Shown here one piece after another: positions 12,501 through 25,024 of a DNA stretch of 64,000 nt. The notes beneath the pieces were generated by a model. That model saw only the letters and a program-made list of their open reading frames with translations. It made no database searches and was not told the origin of the DNA. The translations under genes were made by a program, and so were the position numbers. Source of the DNA: Takakia lepidozioides (taxonomy: Eukaryota; Plantae; Bryophyta); the NCBI GenBank assembly GCA_030704615.1, contig CM060731.1, positions 89,776,001 through 89,840,000 on the forward strand. The letters are read 5' to 3'. Numbering within the stretch: position 1 is the stretch's first letter; every line of letters begins with the position of its first letter.

Positions 12501-15500
12501 TCAACGCTTCTTCCGCTTTTGAGGTCGCCCTTCGAAAACTGCAACCGCCTCGGATGCGTTTCCCATTTCTGAGGCACGCACCCAAGATGCCTCCACATGA
12601 TGATAGCCCTTCCATTTGACGAGATACTCCGTTTCTCGGTTCTTGAACCTCCTCGACTTAAGTACTGCCTCCACCTCGTACTCAGGTTCATCCAACAGCA
12701 GAGGTGGCGGACGCAACACTTGATGCCGATTCGGACGCGCTTCATCTTTGAAGTAAGGCTTCAAAAGGGAGACGTGGAATACTGGATGCACCTTGTTGTT
12801 TGCCGACAGCTCCAATTCATACACATCCTCATTCATAACCTTCCGGATGCGAAAGGGTCCCGCATACGGAGGTACGAACTTTGGACTCACTTCCGGAGGT
12901 AGTCGGAAATTCTTGATGTTCAACCAGACCTCCGTGCCTGCCTCAAACTTCACTTCCCTCCGCTTCCGATTCGCCTGCCTTTCATACCGTTTCCTAGCTT
13001 TGGCAATGTTGTACTTTGCGAGCTTCAACAAACGCTCGCGTTTTTCCAGTACCGCCGCTACTGCCGGTTCCTCAACGTCCTGGGCGGCCCAACTTGTCGG
13101 CACCAGAGGTGCTTTTCCATAGACCAATACGAAAGGGGAAACTCCCGTTGCGGAGTGTTCTGTGTTATTATAACAGAACTCTGCCGCGTCTAAGTGTTCC
13201 ACCCAGTCTGATTGGTCTGCCGACACGTAATTCCGCAAGATCTGCTTCACTACGGAATTCACTCTTTCCGTTTGGCCGTCCGTCGTAGGTCGAAAGGCGG
13301 TGCTCATCTTCAGCCTCGTCCCCATCTTCTTCCAAAGTGTCCTCCAAAATTTACTCGTAAACTTTGGATCGCGGTCCGAGACAATATCCTTCGGGACTCC
13401 ATGATGTTTTAAGACGTGGGCGAAAGTAAAGTCGCCCTGTCTCCTGCGCCGTTGCCGTCTCCTTGGTGGGGATGAAATGGCCCATTTTACTGAACCTATC
13501 CACCACCACCATGATTGCATCGAATCCTTTTGACAGCGGCATAGCAGTCATGAAATCCATCGAGACGCTTTCCCAAGTCCCCTCTGGAATCGGCAAGGGT
13601 TGTAACAGCCCCGCTTGCTTTTTGTACTCGCTCCGGTTTTGTTGGCATGTGGTGCATGTCTTGACATACTCCTCTGCCTCCTCCCTCAGTTTGGGCCAGA
13701 AATACTCTTTCTTCAAGAGTGCCGCAGTGCGCTTGGCTCCGCCGTGGCCCGCAAGCGGGCTATCATGGCATTCTCTCAAGAGGCTATCTCTGATCCCTCC
13801 CTTCGGCACGTAGAGACGCTTTTGCTTATACCGGAGCAGTCCATTTTGCAAGTGGAACTGCGATTTAACCCCCATCCTCAAGTCCTGCATCACGGACTTC
13901 GCCAGCTCATCCTTCCGGCAAGCCTTCCGGATCTTCCTTTGGAGCGCCGTCTCGCCCCTGTACACCAACAAGAGCTGCTGCTTTCTACTTAAAGCATCGG
14001 CCACCACGTTGTCCCGTCCCGGTTTGTACTGGATATCCACGTCGAACACCGCCAAAGTATCTTGCCACCTAAGTTGTTTTGGGGACAACTTGGGCTGCGT
14101 GGCAAAATACTTCACCGTGACATTGTCCGTGAACACCTTCACTGGGTTGGAACCAACATAGTGGCGCCAAAGCTCAAGACAGTGCACCACCGCCTTCATC
14201 TCTTTCTCGTGCGTCGGCCACCGTCGCTCCACTTCATTCAGTTTCTTACTTTCGTAAGCCACTGGACGTCCATCTTGCATCAGTACACCCCCAATCGCGA
14301 AGTCCGACGCATCTGTATGAATCTCAAACGGACGATCGAACTCCGGGATTTTCAAGACTGGAGCTTCCGCCATCCGCTGCTTCAATTCAGCAAAAGCTTG
14401 GCCACAAAAGGTGTTCCATGCCCAGACTTTGGATTTACACAGAAGGTCTGACAGCGGCCCCGCGATCTTGGCGAAATTTCTCACATACTTCCGGTAGTAG
14501 GAGGCGAGTCCTAGGAAGGATCGCACTCCCGGGACCGAAGTCGGAGGCTCCCAGTCCCAGATTGCCCTCACCTTCCTGTCATCCATTTTGATCCTATCTT
14601 GTGTAATCACATGCCCCAGGAACTCCACTTTTGTGACCCCGAATTCGCACTTTGAAGCTTTGGCATACAGCTTCCCTTCCCGCAATTTCTGGAACACCCT
14701 TTTGAGGTGCTCCAGGTGCTCCTCCTTTGTTTTCGAATACACCAAGATGTCGTCGATGTACACGATCACAAAGTCATCCAACCACTCCTGGAAAAGGCTG
14801 TTCATCAGCATGCTAAAGGTCGCGGGAGCGTTGGTGAGTCCAAAAGGCATCACCAAGAACTCATATGAACCATACCTTGTCCTGCACGCGGTCTTCTCCT
14901 CATCTCCTTCCGCCACTCGAATTTGATGATAGCCGGAGCGCAGATCGATCCGGCTGAAATACTTCGCTCCTGCCAACCGATCGAAAAGGTCGTCGATCAT
15001 TGGCAAAGGGTACCGGTTTTTTACAGTCACCTTATTCAAAGCCCTGTAATCGACACACATCCGCAGCGTCCCATCCTTCTTGTCTGCGAATAGCACCGGG
15101 GCTCCGTAAGGTGACTTACTCGGCCGGATGTACCCCTTTGACATTAGATCTTTGAGCTGAGTCTTTAGCTCGACCAACTCTCTGTGGCTCAACCGGTAGG
15201 GCGCCTTGGCAGGCGGTTCCGATCCCGGTATCACCTCAATCTTAAGGTCAACTCCTCTTCGCGGTGGCAAGCCGCTTGGTAAATCCTCCGACATCACACT
15301 GGTATTTCTCCAAAATCCCCTTGATCTAATCTGGGCTCGGCTCCCCATCGCCTTCTCCCTTCACTTCTCTAATATAGAGCAAAAACTGGGGCTCGTGTGC
15401 CTCCTCCACGACCCACTCCCTTGCTGACAGGAGGTTTATTCGCCCTCCCACGGGTTTGGGCGTTTCCGACACTCGTAAGACCTCGCCACCATTCCCACAT

Positions 15501-17053
15501 GGCAGCGTGACTACTCTCTTGCGGCCATCTATGACCGCTCCGGATTTGCTCAAAAAGGTCATCCCCAAAATGAGATCCACTCCATCGATCTCGCACATGG
15601 TGAAGTTCTCACGTCCCTCCCAACTCCCCAGTTGAAGAGGAATATCAAACGCCAACCTTGTCGCCAATTGCGGTTCTCCTTTGGCAGAATGCACCTCAAT
15701 AGAGGCCCCCATGTCACTTGTCGGGAGTCCCAGCTTTTGTGCCATTGCCGGTGTCATGAAGGAGTGCGACGCTCCTGTGTCCACCAACAACGACACGTTA
15801 GTTCCGGATATTATCCCATCCACGAACAATAACTGACTCCCTTTACGTAAGGCGCCAGTTTCTTGATACAACTCACAAGAAAATTTGCCTACCTTGCAAG
15901 TCCTGGCGACCACCGCTTCCACCAAGCGACTGATGGTATCTTCCGACAACTCTGTGGTCGCCCAAGTCATGTTCAATTGCCGGGGCTTCGTGCACTTCTT
16001 GGCCATGTGCCCGGGCTCCCCGCAATTGAAACACACTCCATCAAAGGTCACCTTCTGTCCGCCATAAGCCGCTCCACCCGCTTTTTCTTTCGAAGCACCG
16101 GGTGCCGCCTTGACTTGTGAAGGCCCTCCCTTCGATTTCCATGTGCCATTATCGCCGCGTGGCCTATCCCACTTCTTTTCCGGTCGGAAAGAGTCACCTT
16201 CCCACCGGGTCTTCTTGTGGTTCAGCTCCGTACGGCCTTGTCTTTCACCCTTAGGGACATCCGAGAAACATTCAGCCCTCTCAATTGCCTCGTTCAAAGT
16301 CTTAGGTGGCTTCTCCTCCAACTTCCGCCTGGCCCATGGGGCCAGTCCCGCCACAAAGTTGAAGACCATTTTTGGTTCTGCCATGTCCGCGACTTCGAGC
16401 AACAGCACATTGAAAGCCTGGACACATCCCCAAATGTCATCTGTTTGCTTCAAATTCCTCATCTTGTCCCGGGCGAGCCAGGACGCGTTGAGGGGCACAA
16501 ACTGCCTCTTCATCAATTCCTTGAACCCACTCCAGTTCAAGGTTTCCGGGCTTGGACCTCGGTCGTGAAGGCGTTTCTGTCACCATTGTTGATCATAGCC
16601 CCTCAAATAGGTGGGAGCCACTTCCACCCGATCCTCGTCACTCAACTTGGCCGCCCGGAAGTACTGCTCCAGCTCCAAGAGCCAGGTGTTGAGTGCCTTC
16701 CGATTTTGGACGCCCTCGAAGGTGCCGGGTTCCTTCGGCTTCACCTTAAACTTTGCCTTAGTGGAAGTGGCATTAGCCGCCTTCAACACGTCTTTCAACG
16801 TCCCGCCAAATTGCGCCAACAACCCTTCCCAAAAGGCTGTCGGCATGGGAGGCATCTGTTGGTCAGTCGGAGCTCTCAGGGATTCCTCAGGCTCCGACTC
16901 CTCAGATTCCTCCCGCTCTTGAGTGGCCTCGTTTTCGGAAACCTGCATCGCTTCCTCAAACGGCCGCCTTGGTGACACGTCGCCCCTATCGGGCTCACCA
17001 GGATCATCATCTTTTGGGCCGTTCCGCTTTTGCTTTGGCTTGCCCGACCCCAT
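12501..17053 (-). pseudogene. Chromovirus gag-pol polyprotein with one premature stop and two frameshifts
   Basis: Gag from ATG 17053, in frame with 15326..16540 across a TGA at 16580. CCHC knuckle CFNCGEPGHMAKKC, protease LVDTGAS, RT YIDD, RNase H TDAS, integrase HHCC plus SMDF/SDRD/GQTE, GPF motif, and chromodomain YEVEAVL..YLVKWKGY..ASW. Frameshifts near 15330 and 13430. Confidence 0.95.
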
Positions 17054-17094
17054 GATGAGGCCAATCCCAAGGACAATCGCGTACTGAACTCTAA

Positions 17095-17106
17095 GCTCTG
17101 ATACCA
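17095..17106 (-). promoter_or_regulatory. Primer binding site for tRNA-iMet
   Basis: Minus strand TGGTATCAGAGC, 2 nt from the 5' LTR. Confidence 0.95.
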
Positions 17107-17108
17107 AG

Positions 17109-17831
17109 TGTCGCGACCTCACTTCGGTAAGCTCCCCCCTCGAGTCATAGTTACTCGCTTGATGCGCGCGCCTAACTCCTAACCTGGCCGCCGGGCCAAC
17201 TTGGAGCTTCGGCTGCTCACCGGGACATAACAGTCCCCCCTTGATCTCCCAAAGAACCCTCCAACGTTTTGGAACCAGCGGAATTCCCTTTGGTAGTTGG
17301 CAGTCCGGAACAGCTCCCCACTCTTTGGTCGCTTTCCGGCTCGCTCGCTTACTCACTAGCTTTTGGTCACCAACGGGCTTGCACCGTTCTCGGGGTTATT
17401 ACTCCCTATATATACTTCTGTAGCTGTCCGCGGGGGTTTCACAAACAACCATGCCATTTTATGGCGAACCACCACGAACACCCTCGACTCCCGGTGATGA
17501 GTCGCGGTGAGTCTTGTCCCACCCACCACGGCCCCTATGGACCGTGATGAGTCCCAAGACTCCCCACGACTCCCACCACGAGGTCTCTGCCCCAGGGTGA
17601 GTCCTATGCCACCCCCACTAAGTCCCGCTAAGCTACCACCACCCCTTGTGGAGCCACCCCCACCGCAACCCGGTGTGTGGGGCTCCACCTAGTGAGCGCC
17701 TCCGCCTCCTTGAGTGCCTTGGGCACTCAAGGTGCTTCAGCCCCCCATACCTATCGCTGCCACTGCCCCCACCACAGGGGCAGCCCCTCTTGTGTCCCGA
17801 CCCCCTGCCCTCAAGGCAAAGGGCCGCGACA
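17109..17831 (-). repeat. 5' LTR of chromovirus (723 bp)
   Basis: TGTCGCG...CGCGACA ends; TATATATA element near 17407. Confidence 0.95.
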
Positions 17832-18064
17832 GCTGACACAGTCCGTCACAGCCAATCACAGCCGACACAGCCTGACACAGCTTCGCACAGCCAACACAGT
17901 CCGTCACAGCTGCGCACAGCCGACACAGCCCGTCACAGCTGCCACAGCCAGACACAGCCCGCCACAGCTTCGCACAGCCGACACAGCCCGTCACAGCCGC
18001 CACAGCCAGTCACAGCCCGACACGGCCTTACACAGCTCGTCATAGCTTGACATAGCCCGTCACA
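17832..18064. repeat. CACAGC-based short-period repeat ending ...CCGTCACA; probable end of a different LTR family
   Basis: ~10-bp period ACAGC units. Ends in CA at the junction with exon-like sequence. A similar tract lies at 60760-60908. Confidence 0.6.
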
Positions 18065-18980
18065 GTACATAGGGAACAGTTATCATTGTGAGGGAACGAC
18101 ATCTGCAGAAAGAACGTGTTACATTAGGGATGACGGTTAATTAGTTAGCAAGGCGGTTAGAACAGCTTGTAGGTAGATAAAGCGGAGAGCGGGGACTTCT
18201 AGGGACACGGGACGGGGGAGCGCTTGATGGTCATGGAGGAGAGGAGATCAGACGGGAGCAGGGAGTAGGAGGAGAGATGAACAGTAGATGCTTTACTTCA
18301 TGCAGAGCTGTAGTGATACTGTAGAGTGGATTAGAGTCACTTGACATTGGCATAGTACCTGATAAATCATAATCTGATACTTATTCGATACAAGCACACT
18401 GTGTAGAGAGACATGAGTGAAGTTGTGAAATGAATGCATGATTAACTGGAACTAAGAAGATACTGAAGCAAACTGATGCTTCAGTATCAGATAAGGTAAA
18501 TTGTTAACATGAGGGCAAGAAAGAATACAAAGGGGAAGCACAACCATGATTCACTAGCTGCAGGTCATGACTGATTGTACTGAGCGGGCTGAGTGCTTAG
18601 AGATATCCAACTCTTCTATCTTGGAGTTTCCACCTCGGATAGCGAAGGGATGGGTGAGTAAAAGTCGCTCGACAGATGTTGCATCAGATGTTGTGGAGGT
18701 TTCTATTGTTAATTCCTCTCCATCAAGGGTGGGCACGGGAGGTCTCCTGTCCTCTTCTTTTGGGAATACCTCAGCATCAGGGCAGTTGAACGTTAACGAG
18801 GATCGGGTTGAAGACTATGGAGAGAATGATATCACCGCTAGTGCAGAGACACTAGCAATAAATCCTCCGGAGGCTTTTGAGAGAACCCCAGTCAGAGAGA
18901 AAGGTTTGTAACTGTTGATCACCTTGCTCTCCTTACAATTGAATTTAGGCTGCTTTTGTTCCCTATCTTTGATCCTCATG
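18065..18980 (-). pseudogene. Possible displaced 5' part of the Sola1-like transposase gene
   Basis: Minus-strand acceptor TTCTTTCTGCAG at ~18103-18114. Degenerate reading MRIKDREQKQPKFNCKESK... from ~18979. A palindrome copy lies at 18735. Confidence 0.3.
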
Positions 18981-19675
18981 TATTTGTTTCAAATCAATTG
19001 TAGAAGCGCGTGGTGCGGCATTGAAGAATCTTGCGGAGGTGTATTCTCTCATTACACTTTCTCACTTTACACCGATTGACATCGTCTTGCTGCCTCTAAC
19101 GAGACATCGTTCTGTTTCAGCGGCAAAGAAGAGACTAGGAAGCAGAGCCCGAGGAAGTATCCGGAGAGAATCACTCGACAAACAAAGCAATGAGGCAGCA
19201 ATGGAGAATTCCACCGAGGTGTGCGCTAACATTCCACTTACTAATGCATTGTGGTGTGACTATAGGGCAATTTCTTGATGTAGATTCTAGCAAACCATAG
19301 ATGGTAGGTGGGGTTGCGTTTTGTGAGCTGATCACGGGAGGTCTCCCGTCACTGTATTGTAGTACATCTCTGGTGTACTTAAAGCACCCATGGGTTTTTT
19401 TATTTATAAACTACTAATTGACGTTCTGAACCCTCCAAGTGGCTTTTTATGTGCTGTGTTGATCACGGAGATCTCCCGTCCTTGTATTTAGGAATCGCAT
19501 TTGTCATAATGAGAACTTGAATTATCCTTGTTGGTGGTCTTGTTCATTGCTTGTCATAGGAGATCTCCCGTCCTTGAATTGAGACATAGCTCCATACGGT
19601 TCTGAAAGACCGTTCTGTTGGTTGTTATTTGGTGTTTATATTAACGAGTTGTTCTTTTGTTGATTGTGCTGCCAG

Positions 19676-21029
19676 AACAAAGATTCCGAAGGAATCAATC
19701 GCAGTGATGAGCGCCGACATTGCCGGTTCCTTCATATACCCACACATTGAAGGGTTCACAATAAAGCATGATGGCTTCTACGAGCTAAAGAAGAGTATTG
19801 ACTAATGGGGTATCGACGTTGCTGACTCCCCGAACCCAGAGAAAGCCGTCTTCCGTTAACAAATCGGTGCGGAGAAGAAAACACTTCTGTGTTGTGATGT
19901 GTTGGGAATTGAAACGGAGGACTCGGTGAGGTATAACAGAGTTACCCTTGCTGTGTTCATCCGCGAGAACGCCCGAAAAGGGGAGAAGGTATTTGGGTTC
20001 TCTGTTGATGCCATGAGTCTGAGTAGTGATCTAATGGGATTCGCGATTCGGATGGGATTCAGGGTCCCTGTTGTCGAAGATGACCTGGAGATGGAAATCC
20101 TCAAGATTGCCATAATTCTCTACAATAATGCTAAGGAGAGACAGCAATTGGAGGTACAACGACTCCAATCGGAGCAAAAGCAGTTGGAGGACACGAAGAA
20201 GAAACCGAAAAAAGCAAGACAGCCAAAAGAAGGAAATGGAGATGATGACAAAGAAGAGGGGGGAAGAAAACAACAAATGACCATCGATATCGTGAATAGC
20301 CAAGAAAATAGGCACCTGAAGACTGATGAGATTTTCGACCTGGATGAGTCGAGACGACTCTCAACAATACCAGGATATATTCCCGTTTGGATTTGAATAC
20401 GTCCAGGAAGTGGACATCAACCTCTGTTTTCTGGCCCCACAATATATGATTTATCGACCCTCTGTGAGAAGCACAAGCTAGAGATTGAATCAAGGCTAGT
20501 TGCGACTCAAAAATGCCTATTTACTTGATTCCACAACACGAGACCGAGCCCACGAAGGTGTGGAGTAGGAAGCCCGATGAGCGCAAACTGCAGAAGGCGA
20601 CATATTTTATTATCGGAGGCCAACATATATTGATGGCAGCCCAGATCAGGGGAGGTCTCCCGTGCTAACTCACCTTCGAGAAATTCTACTTACTATTTGA
20701 CCATGTATTTGTCCACTGTCCATTTTCAATTGTCTCTCTTCTAATGCTAATCAACTGAACTGTGATGATTGCAGGAGCTCTTGGAGGATCCGGCAGTGAG
20801 TAATGATGTCCTGATAAAATTGCTACGTATATGGTCTGCTAAGATAGTGTACTTGACGGATGAGCTTCGACTGGTGACTACCTCCAAGGTTCTGAACAAG
20901 CCGAACAAGGAGAATCTTTACGAACCGTCTTTCTATGAGAAGGTCCGTCACTATAGAAAATATTACAATTACAAGGAGCGGCCCCAGAAGTATGATGAGC
21001 ATCGTCGGGTCGAGACTCAGCAGTGAAAG
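19676..21029 (+). pseudogene. Spliced gene encoding a ParB/Sulfiredoxin (DGQHR-like) domain protein; frameshifted and 3'-truncated
   Basis: After ORF 19899..20396, frameshift-joined reading gives FPFGFEYVQEVDINLCFLAPQYMIYRP/LCEKHKLEIESRL/MPIYLIP...KPDERKLQKATYFIIGGQHILMAA (motif at 20603-20641). The next exon, 20775-21029, is bounded by TTGCAG and GTGAGT and reads ELLED...IWSAKIVY...SKVLNKPN. Confidence 0.6.
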
Positions 21030-21381
21030 GTGAGTGTGACCACAAGAGGTCTCCCATCCTTTCTTTCCATTCATCTATCACTGTAGCGATGCAATGGATG
21101 TCTACATTATAGTTGATCGCAATCCAATTTCATCGCCCACACACCAGCAACCACATTCATTGTCCCAGCACCTTCTCTTCCATTGAGGTCATCTGGGATG
21201 TGTTTTGCTTTGTTTTGCGGTGCTTCTCTCTTTCTCCAAACTGGTGATATTCTCGATCTGGAAGAGATCCACACACCATCAAAATTTGAAATTGGGGATA
21301 ATGCTTCATGATGTGATTGTCTATTGGTTACTTAAGGGTTTCTGTACACAGGTTTGACTTTATTCTAGGTCGAGAATGTCT

Positions 21382-21830
21382 CTAGAAAGAGGAAATGGAG
21401 AAGCACCGCAATATAAAGTAGGAGACACTCCAGAAAGAGTGCACTACAACAGATCCCGGCTTTAATGTCTGCCACATTTGCCCAGTCGTAGCATATATGT
21501 CTACAAAATGCAAGGGGGCAGTCCTGGTTGCCAATTGTGACCACCAGAAGTCGTATATGCCACCTTGTACCTCCGCCACGTCAGGATCTGCGGTCAAACA
21601 CGTTTGACCATATAAGGGAAGATGGTAGATACGACTAGGAGTCATGGCCAAAACTGCAACAGGATGACGTGGGCATGGGAATGTATGACTGCCAGTATTC
21701 ACAACTGCACATGGCAATTGCTGGTTGCCCAAGGAGTGTCTATAAGCCCTACTTCAAGGATGAAGCGCGTCCAACTTGGTAACAAGTTTTGCGTCCACCA
21801 CCTGTGCTGCTAAATAATGAAAATGAACCA
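21382..21830 (-). pseudogene. Degenerate fragment with a possible SWIM zinc finger
   Basis: CSCEYWQS followed, after frameshifts, by FPC(P)HVILL at ~21660-21712, resembling CxC..W....PCxH. Confidence 0.3.
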
Positions 21831-22995
21831 AAGTACGAGGACTTGGGGAATCAAACGTGAGAGTCAAGTGGGGGTTTGATTCTTTGTCATGGTCGCACCA
21901 CCCAACTGAAACACCATATCTTGATTGTCCACCAAGACTACCCAAGGAGTCACCATGGTGCCTCAATGGCTAGCCTAACTGACAACTCTTGCAACCTAGC
22001 AGCTGCCGCTTGCCATGGCGCAGCCGTGGCTGTCTTCACCCTCCTATCAAAGGACTCCTCGGCATGAAGCTCTCTATCTGCCAACTCCGCAGATGGAGGA
22101 CGTTTACGAGTTGGAGTTAGCGGTGTTGGAGTTAGCGGCAGAAGACAAAGTGCATCCCGATTATTCTTCATTCATGTAATTCATAGCTCCACGCACAAAA
22201 CACATGCGGACCAGGACAGACGGGAGGTCTCCCCCCCCAATTAGCGATACACATCAGGATTAGTCAAATTAAAATGAGGGGTAAACATGCACAAGTTACA
22301 ACAACCTACCAAAGCCATAAAGAGAATGAGGGGTCTGACAGGAACAAGCACAAATAGAAAGGCAAAGAGGACGGGAGGTCTCCCGTCCTTATTCACGCTC
22401 TCTAGTCTAAAAGAGTTTGACGGGTGTGATGACGAAACCAAAACATGCACATAGTCAGGTAGGGGAGATCTCCCGTGGTGATACCTCTCATATCGACATG
22501 AGTAATGAACTCCAAAACCGAACAAAGAGTACACAGAGAACACAGAGCACAGCCATGATATCCATCGCTCTGATATGAAATGAATAAAAAATAATGAACC
22601 ATTTGTATTCATAATTTGCGCTTAGAGAATAGCGTCATTGTCAATGTACATTATTTACAATATCCCAACTGGTGGAAGACTGTCACCCGACTAGTAATAA
22701 CGGGTAGCGGATTCTACTCTCATCCCAGATCTCCCCAGATGGACATTCCGTTGCCCTGCATCTGTTTGAGGGCATTGTGCTCGCCAGCATATCTCCTCCT
22801 CAGAAATACTCATATAGCTCCAGAGACCCTCCCGACCTGTTGGTGTGGTATGTCCATCCTTCTTCTTGTCGGATATTGACTTCATACGACACTTGGCCTT
22901 GACTAGAACAAATAAACCAATCCATGAGACAAATCAGTATACTTTTCAGATTCATCGTGCGCAGTAGGGTCGGGAGACCTCCCGTGCTTACTCAC

Positions 22996-23770
22996 CCATT
23001 CTAACCTCTTAAACTACTACTCCAAGACACATCGGTTGACATAAAAAGAAGAAGTTGAAAGCAAAGAGGTGGGAACATACCTAAAAACACACAAGGGTCA
23101 GTAATCCCTAGGGGATTTGCATATCTCGCTAGCCAAATCCAATCAGGGTGAGAGCTATCGACAGGCCTCTGAACATTTGCACGCTTCCAGTAATTCTCCA
23201 CCATGTACTCTTGAACTGTCGGAGATGACATCATGCCAGAAAGGAATGGCCATAAAGCCTCAACAAGATCCTCAACAAAAGAATCTCGTCCCTCCTTGAT
23301 GATCGGCGTTAGAGTGCCATCAAAGGATCTCGGGTAAAAACAATATTCAAAGGGTTCCTTAGGGCTTTGGTGGGCTCATCATCAATCAAAAGCGTTTGGC
23401 CTTTGGGCTTAGAACTTCTCTCGAAGTGTTCCCAAAGACCAACAATGTCTATAACGTAGAACGGCTGTGTTGAGGCAATGTTGAGGCCCGACACCAGATA
23501 AAGCAAAATTTCCTGACCATATCATTCGGGAGAAGATATGCAAGAAGAGCCTCAACCATATGCTGAACTCCAGAGGACCATATACCCACATGGTAATGGT
23601 TGAACGCGTTCAAGAAATTCAAGAAGACCCGGACGAGGAATGACATTGTCCCAATCGTAGGGAATTTTGGCACGAGGGAAATGTTCAAGGAACCTCTATG
23701 ATCCAACAGGCTTGGGTTAATAGCACAATAAACCAACAACATTTAGAATGATTAACTTTCTTTGACCTCC
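22996..23770 (-). pseudogene. FCP1/NIF-family HAD phosphatase-like gene, frameshifted
   Basis: RKLIILNVVGLLCY at the motif I position (~23725-23765), VIPRPGLLEFLERV, YHVGIWSS and TLLIDDEPTKALRNP. Splice donor GTGAGT at ~22995. Confidence 0.75.
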
Positions 23771-24059
23771 AGAGGAGGCCGTCACTCGTGTCTTCCGGTG
23801 CAAGAGATTTGCTGCCGCGCTCGCTCGAAAATGGTCATGACCCATCTGTCAAGATTCGACGGTTAGCTTTGGATGGGGGGCTGCTATTTCATGAGCGGCA
23901 TGAGCATGAGCGGCATGAGCATGAGCAGAAAAAAAAAAAACATGAGCAGACCATTGTAAGTCCACGGAAATAGGGTTAGGAGGCACGGAAATAGGGTCAT
24001 GTGAAGTTGGAATGTGGCACCAGTGGACTTGAAATGCAACATTTTATTGCATTTACTTG

Positions 24060-24993
24060 CCGAAAATGGCTAAGTCCCAGATCTGACTAGGCCCGGAACT
24101 GGAAAAATGGCGCCGAATTTCCGATTTTGGTGCCAGTCAGATCTGGGACTTAGCCATTTTAGGCCCCGAACTAGAACAATGGCGTTTTTTTTTTTTTTTT
24201 TTTTTTTTTCGGTGCCATTTTACCAGTTCGGGGCCTAAAATGGCTAAGTCCCAGATCTGACTGGGCCCGGAACTGGGCAAAATGGCGCCGAATTTCCGAT
24301 TTTGGTGCCATCCACTCTAGGGACTTAGCCATTTTCGGCCCTGAAAGTACCCACTGGCTATGCCTCTGCTTTCAAAAAACATGTGGTCAAACAAAAGTTG
24401 AGCCAATTGAACTCGCTCTAGTACTTGAGATGGAGAGTGGGTGAGGTCTGTATGGTGGAGTCTTTTAGCAAAGGTGCCATTGGCTTGACTTATATAACGT
24501 GATAGAATGGTTTCTCCTCTTTTCACCATTTCCGTATCACTAGAAGAAGACCTGCTTACATCTATAAGTGCAAGGTGTTAGCATAGTTAACACTTGTGTG
24601 TGGAAAAGAGCTTGATAGATAGCTCTTAAGTTACAAGCTGTTGCAGGGTTTGCAAGAAGAAAGTCTTGTGGTGTTTATGTACAAGAGGAGGTCTTCAAGA
24701 AGAGCATCATTGAAAGTTTGAGAGCTTGTGAAGAAGCTCTTGTTCTGCAAGTGTTGCAGGGTTTGAGGAGTTCAAGAAGAGCTCGGGTGTTAAGGAAGCA
24801 AGTGGTGCATGTGTGGAGTATGGTTTCAGCTTGTGGGAGTCTTCAACTTCCATTTTTCCTGTTCGGGGCCGAAAATGGCTAAGTCCCAGATCTGACTGGG
24901 CCCAGAACTGGAAAAATGGCGCCGAATTTCCGATTTTGGGTGCCAGTCAGATCTAGGACTTAGCCGTTTTCGGCCCGGAACTAGAAAAATATC

Positions 24994-25024
<31 letters not shown>

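Larger units (their letters stand above)
10848..17831 (-). mobile_element. Full-length Ty3/Gypsy chromovirus LTR retrotransposon
   Basis: Paired LTRs with TGTCGCG...CGCGACA ends, iMet PBS, purine-rich tract, and gag-PR-RT-RH-IN-chromodomain order. Confidence 0.97.
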
